NCBI GenBank assembly: GCA_951406725.2
Contig: OX597830.1
Location: 51,150,001 to 51,214,000, forward strand
DNA length: 64,000 bases
From: Octopus vulgaris
Taxonomy: Eukaryota
Direction of reading: 5' to 3'
Below, in pieces: positions 12,553-25,529 of the stretch. The position numbers and the translations under genes are program-made. Each line of letters begins with the position of its first letter. Within the stretch, counting starts at the first letter, position 1. A model generated the notes under the pieces. That model saw nothing but the letters and a program-made list of their open reading frames with translations. It was not told the origin of the DNA and did no database searches.

Positions 12553-13045
12553 ATAGTAGTAGTAGTAGTAGTAGTCTTTATATAATTTTATTGGTTCATT
12601 CGTTGGTTGATTTATCCAGATAACGTAATTGTTGCTATCAAGGTGGCAAGGTGATAGAGCAGTTTGCATGTTGAACAAAATGACGAATAGAAATTTTCTG
12701 GTTCTTTACGATTCTGAGTTAAAAAAAAGAAACTGCCACGATCAACTTAACCTTTCATCCTTCAAGGATCTTTAAAATAAAATAACCAGTCAAGTTTTAG
12801 GGGTCGATGTAATCGACTTAGCCCACCCCCTTAGATTATTGGCTTTGTGCTAAAATTTGAAACCAAACACTGCGAACTAGTTGAATCGTTAGCTCTTTGG
12901 AGAAAAACGCTTTGCAGTATTTTCGTCCGTCTTTACGTTCTTAGTTCAAATTCCGTCGAGGTTGACTACGATCTTCATAGGTACCAGTTGAATACTGGGG
13001 TCGATGTAATCGATTATGAGCTTCATCACAAATTTCAAGAATTGT
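12060..13045. mobile_element. Cluster of four degenerate family A SINEs: two minus (about 12060-12465), two plus (about 12640-13045), around a (TAG)n tract
   Basis: Repeated TTATCGACCC/GGGGTCGATGTAATCG and GGAATTTGAAC/GTTCAAATTCC motifs. Confidence 0.7.
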
Positions 13046-13054
13046 GAAAGGATT

Positions 13055-13620
13055 ATTGTATTGTTGTTAGAGTTGTTGTTGTTGTTGTTGATGGTGGTGA
13101 CGGTGGTGGTGGTGGTGGTGGTGGTGGTGGTGGTGGTGGTGGTGGTTGTGGTGAAGCTGTTGATGTGATTGGTGCTGCTGTTGTTGTTATGGGTGTGGTT
13201 ATTAGTGTGGTGGGAGGGCTGATGATAACAGAGATGATTATGATGATCGTGGGATGATGGAAGTTATGGTGCTGGTAGCGGTAGTGGGGATACACAATGA
13301 TGATGGTGATGGTAATGATACTACTGCTGCTGATGCAGTGGCTCCTACTGCTGCTGTTGCTGCTGCTGCTATCGCTGCTTCTGCTGCTGCTGTTGCTGCT
13401 GCTGATAATGATGAAGATGATGAGGATGATGATTATGATGATGATGACAACGATGGCGATAACGATAACGACAATTATGACGACTACTCGACGACGTCGA
13501 TGATGATGATGATGATGATGATGAAGAGGGGGAGGAGGAGGAGGAGGAGGAGGAGGTTAACGTTGACGATTATGATGATGGTCGAGGTGATGAGAATAAT
13601 GATGGCGAAGTCTGAAATGG

Positions 13621-13655
<35 letters not shown>

Positions 13656-13920
13656 GTAATGATGATGATGATGATGATGGTAATGATGATGAAGAGGATG
13701 ATTACGACACAAATGGAGGAGGCGAATTACGATGGTGGCGTTAAAGATATATGACCGCGTTGTTAACGATGATGACGCTGACGACAACGACGACAACGAC
13801 GACGACGTCGACGCCGACGACGACGATAGCAACGACGATGGCAACGTCGATGGCAACGACGATGGCAACGACGATGGCAACGACGATGGCAACGACGATG
13901 GTAGCAACAGCAATGGTGAT
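13055..13920. repeat. Compound trinucleotide repeat field (GTT/GGT/GCT/GAT/GAC)
   Basis: Direct observation; low-complexity ORFs in several frames on both strands. Confidence 0.9.
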
Positions 13921-14641
13921 TATACATACTGCCGTCAATCCAAATCTCTGCGGAGATAAAAATAATGGTATTAACTCTTTTATCGCTTCCATTTGCCTCA
14001 CATCTATCGCTGCTTGCTCCGTTGACTCTCCCACCCCCACCACCACCACCACCGCCAACCTTCCTCCATTTCACACAGGTATTATCACCAAAAATGAAAC
14101 AAGAAAAACAAAACAAAACAAAAAACAATAAAACCATAAACATTGTAACTAATATAAGTAGAGAGATATTGACATGGAGATAAGTTCATTCATCTAATCG
14201 ACTTTCTTCAAAAGGTTTCCATTCTATTTGCTCCCCATTCTATTTGATATCCATTGTCCATTGGATAATTGGCATACATCAAAGACAGCGAAAGAGAGAT
14301 AGGCAGAGACAGAGAGGTAATATAGGCTGAGGAAGAATAGCTCAGTTGATATCAGCTGTATATGATATGTTTTATATCAACCGGTCTTCGATTGGATTCT
14401 GCTGATGCAAAATATATACCACCGACAACAGAAAAAAAGGCTGCAATTGATAAACATATATGCATGTATTGGAGACGTGTGTATAAATACAGGTACACAC
14501 CCTAACACGCATGCACATATATATATATATACACATAAAGGCATACACAGCTATAATTTTCCTATATATTTACACTCAAGCTAATACAAGCAACGCAAGC
14601 TGTTTCCAAGTCTCTCTCTCTCCCTTTCTCACTTTCTCTCT

Positions 14642-14694
<53 letters not shown>

Positions 14695-14912
14695 TCATTC
14701 CCTCCACACACATATATGTGTGTGTATGTGTGTCCCTGTATGTACGTAAACACATACACATGCGCAAACACATACACATATATAGGTATGTATATACATT
14801 TACATACACGTATACACTTAGAGCTTTATGTATGTGTGTATGCATACATACATATATATGTGTCTGTCTGTGTGTCGTGTGTGTGTGTACATATAAATAT
14901 ATATGTATATGT

Positions 14913-14972
<60 letters not shown>

Positions 14973-15646
14973 CAGATAGATAGATATGGGGGGGGGAAAG
15001 CGCGTCTGTGTATATACAAACACATACACACTCATATACAGAGTGTGTAAGTGCTTATAAGTGAAGAATTATAACCTACTTCTATGATTCTTTGCATTCA
15101 GGAGAGAATCAAGATTGGTATTTTATTAACAATGATATTGGTCAGCCAGGAATTCATACTGAGAGGAACTAATGCTTCGCAGTTATTGCTGCCGTCTATA
15201 ATCCTTGCCGTTGTTCGTCGAAATTCTGCTGGCGACAGTTTTGTCTTTTACTACTTCAGTGATCCAGAAAATAGGTACCATCGATTTGCTGGGTTCCATT
15301 CATTCCAATGTACTCTTCATTTCGAAATTTAAACTTACGAGGTACTTAGAGAATAATTGAATATTGATTTATTAACAGCGTTGAGAGAGAGCAAGATGAT
15401 GTGACACAGATGCCCATGTTGTTCTTGTTCTTTTGGCCGTAGATCAACACTGATCCGAGAGACCTATTATCAGTGTGGCGCTCGGGATCATCTCATCTTT
15501 CAATATATCCAGAACTGATTTAATCTGAAATTTATTATTTATTTTTTTTAAAAGGCAAAACAATAAGTAACATGGATTACGCTCCAAAACAGGAAATTGA
15601 CCAGTTTTGATGATGATGTTGCTGTTGTTGTTATTGTTGTCCCTTT

Positions 15647-15787
15647 TCTTCTTCTTCTTCTTCTTCTTCTTCTTCTTCTTCTTCTTCTTCTTCTTCTTCT
15701 TCTTCTTCTTCTTCTTCTTCTTCTTCTTCTTCTTCTTCTTCTTCTTCTTCTTCTTCTCCTTGTCCTTCTTCTCCTTGTCCTTCTTCG
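15647..15787. repeat. (TTC)n microsatellite
   Basis: Direct observation. Confidence 0.95.
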
Positions 15788-16189
15788 TTTTGCACTATTT
15801 GTTCCGGCTTTTTTACGTTAAGAGTTCTAAGCCAGCCGATGTAGATACTCAGAGTACCAGTCAAACATTGGAGTTACTGTCATCCACTTTACCCACCTCC
15901 CTCAAAATTACAGTTATATAACTCCTGGTTCGATTCCATTGCACAATTTCCTGGGTAACTATCTTTAAACACAGCCTTGGAGCAATCAATATTTTGTGAG
16001 TGCGATTTGTAGGTGGAACCTATACAGAAACCTCTATACATACATTACACACACACACACATCAAATTAAATACACAATCGAAAAGCTGCTAATAGTTTC
16101 ATGCTATTATGATACTTGAACAGGCATATTTATAAAATACGCCATGTATCTTAAAACAATCCTTGAGGCTTTGTTTATGTGTTATATTT

Positions 16190-16890
16190 ATAAAACCAGG
16201 GTCTCGTCGTTGTACGACCCTGCGGCGTCGAAAATCTTATTCGAAGGTAGGTTGGAAATGCAGATGACCAGATTCCGGAATACTATATCTAGGGGGCAGG
16301 AGCCTACGTTAATTTATGTCAGCTTCTCGTTCATTTTTTTCTGTAAGATACCAGGGTTTCCGTCTAATATTAAATCCAGGAAATCGATCAATTTCTAATT
16401 GATTTCTATTGTAAACTTGCTCCCAAGAGAAATTAGGATATGCGTTTGACTTTTTACAAGAATCTATCGAATCTGTGGCTGTTCGCCCCGTCTCGATAGG
16501 GCCAAAGCACCGTCCTTATAGAAGCCAAAGATAGTTGAAAATTTCTTACTAAGCTTATCTAGAATGAAAGGCCTATAAGGTAACATACAGTAGAATGGAA
16601 CGCTCCCAAAAGGAGGCTCCAAGAATAATTCGCATTACTCAGACCATCAACGATAGGAATTTTTTCTGGCTTGTACGACGATGTTAATATCCTCATTGCT
16701 CAAATTCGGCATGTAACCATCGAAATTTAGCGCCATTTATAATAAGCGCCACGAGATGGATAGGTAAAAATTCTACTATATAGAACTGGGTAAACATTGC
16801 TCTACCTCAGCCGGTGTTGGTTAAAAACTATGAGATGACCTTATTGGAGTTACGGTATAGGGAGACGCCCCAGACTATGACTACGAAATA
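16190..16890 (-). pseudogene. Decayed Penelope-like reverse transcriptase (Naiad-like)
   Basis: Minus-strand pieces YRNSNKVIS*F, FTQFYIVEF/YLSIS, IGLFILDKLSKKFSTIFGFYKDGALA, KFTIEIN*KLIDFLDL are collinear with PLE RT motifs FDIVEFYPSI, GLYRDDGLA, VDFLDV. Stops and frameshifts present. Confidence 0.75.
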
Positions 16891-16913
16891 TCTCTATTCC
16901 TAACGCTAATATA

Positions 16914-17147
16914 TATTTCTTTACTACCCACAAGGGGCTAAACACAGAGGGGACAAACAAGGACAGACAAACGGATTAAGTCGATTGCATCGACCCCCAG
17001 TGCGTAACTTGGTTCTTAATTTATCGACCCCGAAAGGATGAAAGGCAAAGTCGGCCTCGGCGGAATTTGAACCCAGCGCATAACGGCAGACGAAATATGG
17101 CTACGCATTTCGCCCGGCATGCTAACTATTCTGCCAGCTCGCCGCCT
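16914..17147 (-). mobile_element. tRNA-derived SINE family A (octopus OR-type), full length
   Basis: Head GGCGAGCTGGCAGAATAGTTAGC, B-box GGTTCAAATTCC, tail TAAAGAAATA. 17-bp TSD TTCCTAACGCTAATATA (16897-16913 / 17148-17164). Confidence 0.92.
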
Positions 17148-17561
17148 TTCCTAACGCTAATATAACAACAATTTATATTTGTGTGTATAAATATGCATGT
17201 GTATCTATGTATGAATATATGAGTGCATGTGTATATGTATGTATAAATACGTATAAGTACATCTGTGGATCAATGGATTTTGTGCAAAAATATACGATTA
17301 CGAGTGTATAAAGGTATTTGTACGTACAGATGTGTATCTGTGTCACATAGAAACATACACGCATGTGGAAACATGGATGCGTGGATGCATGGATGCATGG
17401 ATGGATGTAAGAATTGTGTGCATGTATGCATGGGCATGTTATTTCAGTGTGCAATTATGCTAAACACCTGCATGTGCACATTTGACTACATACACACATA
17501 ACTATATATTTATGTGTGTGTGCGTGCGTGTATATATATATATATATATATATATATGTAA

Positions 17562-17658
<97 letters not shown>

Positions 17659-17706
17659 TATACATATACATAGATAGATAGATTGATAGATAGATAGATA
17701 GATGCG

Positions 17707-17744
<38 letters not shown>

Positions 17745-18329
17745 CACACAGTGGAAATGAGATACATAACGGATTAAGACATATATATAGGTGCATGTGT
17801 ATATATACACATATATAATCACACACGCGCACATATGGCATGAATGCGTGTTCAATATATTTCTAACGATTTCCAAATATATATCCCACTCTCCCCCCCC
17901 CCACTTTTTGCCGCTCCCGTCCCTGTCACTTCAACACTCCTTTTCCTCTTCCTAACCCCATCTCCCTCCTCCTGCCCCCTTTCAAACTCCCTCTTTGTGA
18001 CAATATAAGATAGAGATGTTTTCCCATTCAAACATCCAACAACGCAAAAGACAGCAAAAACAGACGTATAGATAACGAACAACAAAACACTATCAATTTC
18101 ATTAACTTTCATAAAACCGTTTCTAAGCACACGAAAACTCTAAAATCAATAATTGAGGTATAACGGATGAATATTTTTGTCTTGTCTTTACACACTTTAA
18201 ATCCACTCCAATTGCTGTGTTCGCCAAAGCCTTATATATTTACATATGTATTCTTAACTTGTTTTTGCCACATTGGGTTTTACATACATACATTGAAACA
18301 CACACACATATAAATATATTTGTTGTATG

Positions 18330-18427
<98 letters not shown>

Positions 18428-18535
18428 ATATATATATATGCATATACTCATATGTAGGTGTATGTATATGAATGCATATATACATTTATATTTGTTGTAA
18501 TTTGTATACATATGTGAGTATATAAATGTTTGTTG

Positions 18536-18571
<36 letters not shown>

Positions 18572-18606
18572 ATGTATGTATTTGTATATATATATATATA
18601 TATATG

Positions 18607-18673
<67 letters not shown>

Positions 18674-18964
18674 GCATGTGTGTTTAAATCAATAGGGTTT
18701 ATTGTATGATTCTCGTGAAACACTTATCTTTCCCTCATGAAATATTCAAACAAACCAGCAGTAAAATATATTGTTATTTATTAAAGGAATTACCATATCA
18801 TCCATCAGATGTTTGCTTCAGATACACACATTTTCGTAATCATGCTCAAAATTCAGAGCTGCACTTACACTCATACAGCTACACTCAGAGCCACCGTCTT
18901 GGTAAATTTGCTTTCTTTTTATATCGAATGTTTGACCATAAACTTCACTTATATTACAGGATAT

Positions 18965-19368
18965 ATTTTTTTATTCTTTTATACTTTTGCTTGGTTCAGT
19001 CACTTCCCTACGGCCATGCTGGGCACCGCCTGTAGTCGAACAAATCGACCCCATGACTTATTATTTTATCGGTCTCTTTTCCCGAACTCTTAACTGACGG
19101 GGACGTAAACACACAAATATCGGATGTCAAGTGATAGTGGTAGGACAAACACAGACACACAAAGATATATACGTGTGTGTGCGCGCGTTTGTGTGTGTGT
19201 GTGTGTTACTGTGTGTGTGCAACGGGCTTCAATTTCTGTCTACCAAATCCACTCACAAGGCTTATGTGGGCCCGAGGCTATAGTAAGAGATACTTGCCCA
19301 AGGTTCCACGCAGTAGGGCTAAACCCTGTACAAAATGGTTGGGAAGCAAGCCTCTTACTATACAGCCA
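18965..19368 (-). mobile_element. SINE family B with internal microsatellite
   Basis: Reverse complement of the 55931-56405 element, including CCTTGGGCAAGT. Confidence 0.85.
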
Positions 19369-19371
19369 TGC

Positions 19372-19540
<169 letters not shown>

Positions 19541-19702
19541 TCTTAGTTAATTATGATATTTATTCAGCATATTTTCGTCTCAGATTCACACACGTACTGT
19601 AGCAATCTTAAGTTTTTCTAAACTCTGTAATATGATTCGGACACCCTTAAAGCCAGGAACTTTTCAACACTTTCTCGTATGTCTGTATGTGTGTCTGCAT
19701 GT

Positions 19703-19752
<50 letters not shown>

Positions 19753-20184
19753 TTTCTAATTTTGGTATGAATCCAACAAATGGAAATGAAGTCGATTACA
19801 TCAACTCCAGTACTTGTTTAGTACTTTACTTTATCGGCCCCAAAAGGACGAAAGGTGAAACAGACCTTGGAGAATCTGAGTCGGGGGGAAATGGTGCTAA
19901 GCATTTTCTGCATTGTGTTACCTTTATGTGTGTTTTTCTGTATATGTGTGTGTATGTGTGTGTATGGGCGGAAATGTGCGCACGTGAGCGTGAGAGCGTT
20001 TATATCTTTGTGTGTGTCTGTCTACACATACATGTACATATATATATATACATACTTATATATATATACATATACATATACATATATATATATATATACA
20101 TATACATATACATATATAAATATAAATATACATTCATATATTTATACATATATATATAAATATGTATATACACATATATGTTTT

Positions 20185-20235
<51 letters not shown>

Positions 20236-20433
20236 ATATATATGTATATATATATATGTATATATAAATATATATATGTATGTATATATATATATATTAT
20301 ATTATATATATACATATATATATATTATATGTTCATATATATGATGAATGAGCAAAAACAAGGAAAAGCACAAGGGAGACGAGATTTCAAAAAGAGCCAT
20401 TAGTCGCACGCTTGAGCAGAGAAATGAATAGAA

Positions 20434-20474
20434 TCTTTGATGTTTCGGACATTACAGTCCTTCATCAGTAAAGA
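20434..20474 (-). ncRNA. Minimal hammerhead-like motif of the PLE pLTR type
   Basis: TCTTT-A-CTGATGA-A-GGAC(TGTAAT)GTCC-GAAACATC-AAAGA. Stems I and II pair; stem III is reduced. Confidence 0.65.
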
Positions 20475-20982
20475 GAAAAAAAGATTGACGGGAGAAAGAA
20501 AGGAAGACAGAAAGAAAAAAGAAAGAAAGGAAAAAATGAAGAAAGCGGGAACTGTTTAGTGATTAATTGGAAATGCGGTTCTATAGGGGAGATAAGAAGG
20601 GGGGAAGAGGTAGATTTGTTTTGTGTATATATAAATGTGTTTGTGTAAGGAGATGGAGACTGGGGGAAAGTGCATAAGTGGTGCATTGTGTAGGCGGTTA
20701 GCTAGGCATGAGTGGATTTGTGTGCTGAAGATGAGAGAGAAGCGTGAATTGACAGGGATGAAACAGCGAACACAACGGTGGAAATATAGTGTTCGTTATT
20801 GAAGGGATTAACAAAAAAATGTACTGAATCAAGTGGGAGATAAATATCACTTACTGCACAAAGAACTTAAATAAAAGCTGCTATTTGTCTCATACCTCTG
20901 TCCGAAGTTTCACTTTTGCGTTCAATGGGTCTTCAGGCAAGTTATAACAACAGGCAAAGCAGTCAAACGGCCAGAATGCGAT

Positions 20983-21026
<44 letters not shown>

Positions 21027-21027
21027 C

Positions 21028-21085
<58 letters not shown>

Positions 21086-21149
21086 AATTGATATGTTGAT
21101 ACTAGATTGATAGATAACAGAAAAGAGTTAATATTGATGCTCAAATGGG

Positions 21150-21270
21150 GTTTTTTTAATATCCATAAAAACCATATGTTTTTCAACATAACTAATATAA
21201 ACGTTAGCTACAGCTGCACCGATAACACCATCTTCATAGCAAGAATAAGTAAATCAATTACACAAGAAAG
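21150..21270 (+). pseudogene. Penelope-like ORF fragment
   Basis: HKNHMFFNITNINVSYSCTDN resembles the HKIFNRNxVKVSYSC motif also seen at about 26.0-26.1 kb. Confidence 0.55.
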
Positions 21271-21357
21271 ACATGCACCTATTTTATTAGCTATATGCAT
21301 AAACATGTAATTGTGTGTGTGTGTATATGTATGTATACACTCGCATATATATAGATA

Positions 21358-21433
<76 letters not shown>

Positions 21434-21639
21434 GTTGTTGTTGTTGTTATTATTATTATTGTTATTATTATTATTATCTAAAGCAGTGTGATTCAGTCCT
21501 ATGCATTTTACCTCCGTAGGCTCGTTAGAAGCACCTAACTTGTTGGGCTCGGCCGGCTGAGCTCGACGAGCAATGTTCTTGTAACGAGCCTGCGAAACTT
21601 TATGCCTTATGGGGCCGAAATAAACTGTTTTCTGGAGGA

Positions 21640-22068
21640 AGTCTTCTACTAGAGCCTTGTGAATGTATTTGGTAGACGGGAACTAAAAGACACCCGCTCT
21701 ATATACATATAGCAAATGCCGGTACTAATGTGTACCTTTGATATAAACTTGCCTTTAGGTTTTAATTGTTAAGGGGCTACATATATTATAATATATTTAA
21801 TGTATTATATTATTCATCGTAATTGTGTGTGTGTGTGTGTATGTGTATTCATGTGTTTGTGTCTGTGTTTGCCCCACCACTACCGCTGGACAACCGATGC
21901 TGGTGTGTTTATATTCCCGTAACTTAACGGTTCGGCGTAAGAAACCGATAGTATGAGTACTAGGCTTAAAGAAGTAAGTGCTGGGTTCGATTTGTTCGGC
22001 TAGAACCCTTCAAGCCGGTGTCCCAGCATGGCCGCAGTCAGATGGCTGAATCAAGTTAAAGATAAAAG
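21640..22068 (+). mobile_element. Degenerate SINE family B
   Basis: GTCTTCTACTAGAGCCTTGTG..GGTAGACGGGAAC plus 3' half ..CCAGCATGGCCGCAGTCA. Confidence 0.75.
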
Positions 22069-22649
22069 GCAATGAGTGTGTGTGTGTGTATGTGTGTGCG
22101 GGTGTGTGTATGTGTGTTTGCGTGTGTGTGTGTGTTTGCGTGTGTGTAATTCATTTTTCTTATTGCTCGACCTCCTCTTCTTCCTTCTATCGAAACTCTT
22201 TCATCGAGTCACTATTTGTTTTCTTTAGATAGAACAGAAATAATCTATAAATTAATTAGCACATGTCGCTCTTGTTCTGCATGCATTGAGTACTATATTT
22301 ATTTTGCGGATATACGCGTTCTTAGGAAGGAGGAACTCAACTTTGAATTATTTCTTGTTTTGCAGAGTCATTTACTATCAAAGTATTGAAATGTTGACAT
22401 CACAAATTGATTTTTCTTAGAATGCCTTGGCAATACCTCCTTTTCAAATACTTAACTGAGGGGGAAATATTTATATGTGAACTACGATGATGACGGTGGT
22501 GACGATGATTATAATAATGATGTTGTTAGTGGTAATAACGAAGATGATTTTCATGATGGTGATGATGATGACTCCACATGGATGACAAGTTTGTTGATAA
22601 TGTAAATGTTGATGGTTATTAGAATAACACTGTATATATATGTGTTTTC

Positions 22650-22681
<32 letters not shown>

Positions 22682-22683
22682 GT

Positions 22684-23064
22684 AAATTTTTTTCGTAATT
22701 AGATAAAAAAAACCAAGGCTGTGTACATTTTAGAACATTTTAGATAGGTATTACAGCTGTTTCCAGGATATTTGTTATATCCCTTCATCGGAGACGGAAT
22801 GGTATACAGAATGGTATACCATTCTGGCTAAAAAAACTGGATCTACAAATACAATATCTCTACACATCTCACATCTATTTTCTCTCCTCCAAGTCACTCT
22901 TTATTTTTTATCTAATCTAAATTTTCTATCACTTGACCATCCTCTCACACCGTCTCCGACGAAGGGATATAACAAATAACCTGGAAACAGCTGTAAGGCC
23001 TTCTATCTATAAATTTTCTAAAATCTACACACCCTTGGTTTTTTCTTATCTCATTACGAAAAAA
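22684..23064. mobile_element. Inverted pLTR-like pair; each arm carries an HHR-like motif
   Basis: 22684-22797 is inverted relative to 22950-23064. Motif GTCT-CCGAYGA-AGGGATAT(AACAA)ATAWCCTG-GAAA-CAGCTG-TA, followed by AGGC in the plus-strand copy. Confidence 0.65.
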
Positions 23065-23260
23065 GGTTTTTATATACACACGCTGACATATGACCAACGT
23101 TGAACCCCTTATTCGCATAATCACCGAACCTGGAACTTAACTTTGGTCTATTTATAGCACCTATTCAGCATTACCTGACACCTTTGGATCTCAATGATAC
23201 CATTACCTCTCATAACCTCTACACGTGCGTGCGTGTGTGTCTGCGTGTGTGAGAGTGTGT

Positions 23261-24147
23261 GGAAATCTGATCAATAAATATCCGAACTGTTGTTATATAA
23301 TGAAGCTAAAGCATGCAGAGTGAAGCTACTTGGCACAGATTAACCTAGAATTCTGCTCTCTCATGCGCCCTAAGGTTGAACTTTCTAACTCACTGCCGTG
23401 TTTACAGCAGTACTTGGAAGGAAGGTGTGTAGTGTGTAATCGTCACATTGACCATGACAGAGCAAACTGTCATGGCGATACCTGCTCGGAGGCCTACGCA
23501 AAGTTGCAGAAAGTGTATGTAGAGGGGTGTATGAGCCGCACACAAGTGTACGAGTCGGCCAGATGTTTTCAAGATGACCAAAAGAATGTCGATATTAACG
23601 AACGTTCTGTGAGACCTGCAACCAGCAGAAATGAGAATAACATCGCAATGTTCATGCAGCTGTGAGGATAAATCGTCAAATTACTATCCGTGAGTTATCA
23701 GGGGATATGCAGATTAGTTACGGTTTAGTGCAGTCCATTATCGCTGAAGATTTGAATATGAGACGCGTGCCTTCCAAGTTTATGCCAAAATTGCTTTCAG
23801 CTGATCAAAATGACACTCGAGTTTCAGTTGCACAAGATCTCCTTGATTGTGTCGAGAACGATGAAAACATTTTAAAAATTTACGTAGGCCTCTGAGCAGG
23901 TATCACCAAGCTTTGGGCAAAATTTAACGCAGATTCTCTGCTCAACTTTCTCTGCTATGGTCAATGTCAACCCTACACACGTTCCTTCAAATCACCGCTG
24001 TAACCAGCAGCAGAAGGGAGCTAGAACGTCAAAACTTAGTATGCCTGCTCAGCAATGTTCAAGGTTAATCTATGCCAAGCGACTACACTCTGCGTGCTTT
24101 AGCTTCTTTACAACGGCAACAGTCCGGATACTTAATGATCAGACGCC

Positions 24148-24148
<1 letters not shown>
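23261..24148 (+). mobile_element. Non-autonomous mariner derivative with an inverted duplicated 5' end
   Basis: HTH region CMSRTQVYE..ERSVRPATS..RQITIRELS..MRRVPSKFMPKLLS. 23261-23505 is mirrored by 23878-24148, which ends in TA. No catalytic domain. Confidence 0.85.
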
Positions 24149-24206
<58 letters not shown>

Positions 24207-24432
24207 TGTATGTGTGTGTGTTTTGAAACATGGCCTTCACAAAAAACTTAAGTACTGTCTGTACATTCTATTAAATATTGTAATGTATTTTAATAAACAC
24301 TGATTTTATAATCATTTAATTTGCTTATATATATTTTGAACACTCTGCATTCATACATACGTACATCTGTGTGTGTGTGTGAATGAATGTATGCATGTAT
24401 ATATATATATATTTGATATATGCATATATGCT

Positions 24433-24475
<43 letters not shown>

Positions 24476-25529
24476 ATGTTTGTATATGTATGTATGTATA
24501 TACATATATATATGTGTATGCATATATATATAAATATACTCATGCATACACACATACATACATACATACATGTATATGCATGTATGTGTGTATGATACAT
24601 AAATATATATATATGCATTTATGCACACACACACACACACATATACTCAGAGATAGAGATACATACATACATCTATATTTACACATTGTCATTATGTATA
24701 TAATGGGATGCGTGAGAGAGAGAGAGAGAGAGTGTGTGTGTGTTAGAGAGTCCTACACACACTATCTCACATACACAAGCAAATACACAAAAACGCATGT
24801 ACTCACACACACACACACATACGCATACGTATGTACATACACACAGTGTTACATATCCATCAACCATTCGCTAACAAACATTGACATTTTGAAATGAAAT
24901 GTGCCAGTAAGTTCCGTTTCTTACAGCTGAAATTTCACATAAAACACCAAACACGGCAGAATACACATGGAATCCAACAATTCTTCCTCATCTAATCACA
25001 GTATTTCAAACTTACCATTTTGATGGGTTTTTTTTGTTTTTGTTTTTGGTTTTTGGGTTTTTTTTTCTAAAAGTTCTCTTAAATTTAGAGAATCACAAAT
25101 AATCGACTTTCTCTTCCACTCATTAACGAGGCATCTGTATGCTCACGTATCTCTTTTTTTTTGTTTGCTTATTTGTTTGTTTGTTTCTTTCTTTCTTTAT
25201 TTTTGTGGAGTCAGTTATTAGTATGTGGCCATGCAGGGGCAGAGACACAGGTGGAGATTTAGTGATTAAATCGAACTCTGGATATTCCCTGGTAATCACT
25301 TACGTTCTGTAGAAGGAACAAAAGATAAAGGAAATCAACACCTAAGTTTTGACAACTTTCTGGAATTCAACAGTGTTGCATACATTCAGGTAAAAACCCC
25401 TAGTCTGGAAATAGTTGTCTTAATTCTTCCAGGTGTGACATGGATGTAGTGAACCTTTAACTAAAACAGTAACTAAAAGTTTATTTTGAAAATGTTAGCT
25501 GTAGCACGAAATTAGTTCCAAGACCTTGG

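Noticed and set aside
13254-14131. Ala/Asp/Met/Thr-rich ORFs as real low-complexity proteins
   Set aside because: Mixed trinucleotide repeats with no splice or homology support.
15100-15171. Possible terminal exon GENQDWYFINNDIGQPGIHTERN*
   Set aside because: Only an acceptor-like site and a short frame; expected by chance.
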